A DNA stretch of 64,000 bases from Chloroflexota bacterium (GTDB lineage: Bacteria > Chloroflexota > Anaerolineae > UBA4142): assembly GCA_037440625.1 (NCBI GenBank), contig JBBITT010000010.1:15696-79695 (forward strand), written 5' to 3'. A program made the position numbers and the translations under genes. Shown piece after piece: positions 63,215-64,000 of this stretch. The first letter of the stretch is position 1, and each line of letters opens with the position of its first letter. The notes under the pieces are model-generated. The model ran no database searches. It was not told the DNA's origin and saw only the letters and a list, made by a program, of their open reading frames with translations.

Positions 63215-64000
63215 ATGGTGTCGGGGGAAAAGATGGTTTCAATGGGAGGACATTCAAGTCCCCAGGAGGCAAAACCTAAGAAGAACGCACGTGCAGTCAA
63301 CGAAAAGCAAGTCTCGATGAGTGAGTTGAGCGACCTTGAACTGGGATTCAAAAAACTCAAGTACGGCGAGATTGTGCTGGGCACGATTGTCCGGATTGAG
63401 CCCAAGGAAATTTTGATTGACATTGGCGCAAAATCAGAAGGAATTGTTGATCCCAAAGAAATGGAAAAAATGAGCGCGGACGCGCTCAAGAAACTGCATG
63501 TGGGCGATCAGGTGTTGGCGTTCATTCTGCGCCCCGAAACACGCGATGGTACGGTGGTTTTATCGCTGGCGCGGGCGCAGTTGGAACACGATTGGCGCGA
63601 CGCCGAAGAGTTGCTGAAATCGGGACAGATTGTTGAAGTCCAAGTGGCTGGCTTTAACAAAGGGGGTTTGATCGTCCGCGTGGGTAAGGTGCGCGGTTTT
63701 GTGCCGGCAACTCAATTGGAAGGCACTTTTCGCAAAAAATCGGAAGCGACCGGCGAGCCGACGGATGAGCTAGACCTGAGCGCGTATGTTGGCAAAAAAA
63801 TCAAGTTAAAAGTGATCGAATTGGATCGCGAACGCAATCGTTTGATTCTGTCTGAACGCGCCGCCATGCGCGAGATTCGCAAAGAACAAAAAGAACGTTT
63901 GTTGGCGGAGATTAAAGAAGGGGATACGCTCACCGGCACGGTAACCAGCGTTGCTGATTTTGGTGTATTTGTAGATTTGGGCGGCGTGGATGGGATGATT
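63215..64000 (+). CDS. rpsA: 30S ribosomal protein S1 (3' end outside window; not in ORF track; start 63215, 63233 or 63242)
   Basis: Translated by hand: GEIVLGTIV..IDIGAKSEG, NKGGLIV...RGFVPATQL and ADFGVFVDLGGVDG S1 repeats. Confidence 0.9.
   Translation, partial: MVSGEKMVSMGGHSSPQEAKPKKNARAVNEKQVSMSELSDLELGFKKLKYGEIVLGTIVRIEPKEILIDIGAKSEGIVDPKEMEKMSADALKKLHVGDQVLAFILRPETRDGTVVLSLARAQLEHDWRDAEELLKSGQIVEVQVAGFNKGGLIVRVGKVRGFVPATQLEGTFRKKSEATGEPTDELDLSAYVGKKIKLKVIELDRERNRLILSERAAMREIRKEQKERLLAEIKEGDTLTGTVTSVADFGVFVDLGGVDGMI

Overview
A gene-dense, mostly housekeeping bacterial chromosome segment. The gene content points to Chloroflexota, probably Anaerolineae-like (inference from Pro/Thr-linker membrane proteins, an archaeal-type mevalonate cluster and a 7TM-HTH protein next to cdsA). 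It runs from the 3' part of gyrB to the 5' part of rpsA. It carries a DASS transporter, a BMP-family ABC importer, rqcH, acs with a YwiC-like gene and a Cys-rich GAF kinase/NarL pair, acpS-ugd, an HMGR/HMGS/thiolase/DUF35 cluster, rpsB-tsf-pyrH-frr-uppS-cdsA without dxr, gatC-GT4-gatA, uvrC, and many envelope genes. I saw no rRNA, tRNA, CRISPR array, integrase or transposase. The main observations not explained by the gene list are these. (1) Intra-operonic inverted repeats built from 7-9-nt periodic units that start at or inside the upstream stop codon. (2) A shared motif at identical spacing in two promoters beside a putative Fe-S-sensing two-component system. (3) A methyltransferase gene that seems to start at ATC. 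(4) A degenerate DNA methylase-nuclease-like protein. (5) A kinase-less 7TM-HTH regulator plus phased direct repeats in front of the mevalonate operon. All family calls come from motifs recognised by eye; no searches were run.
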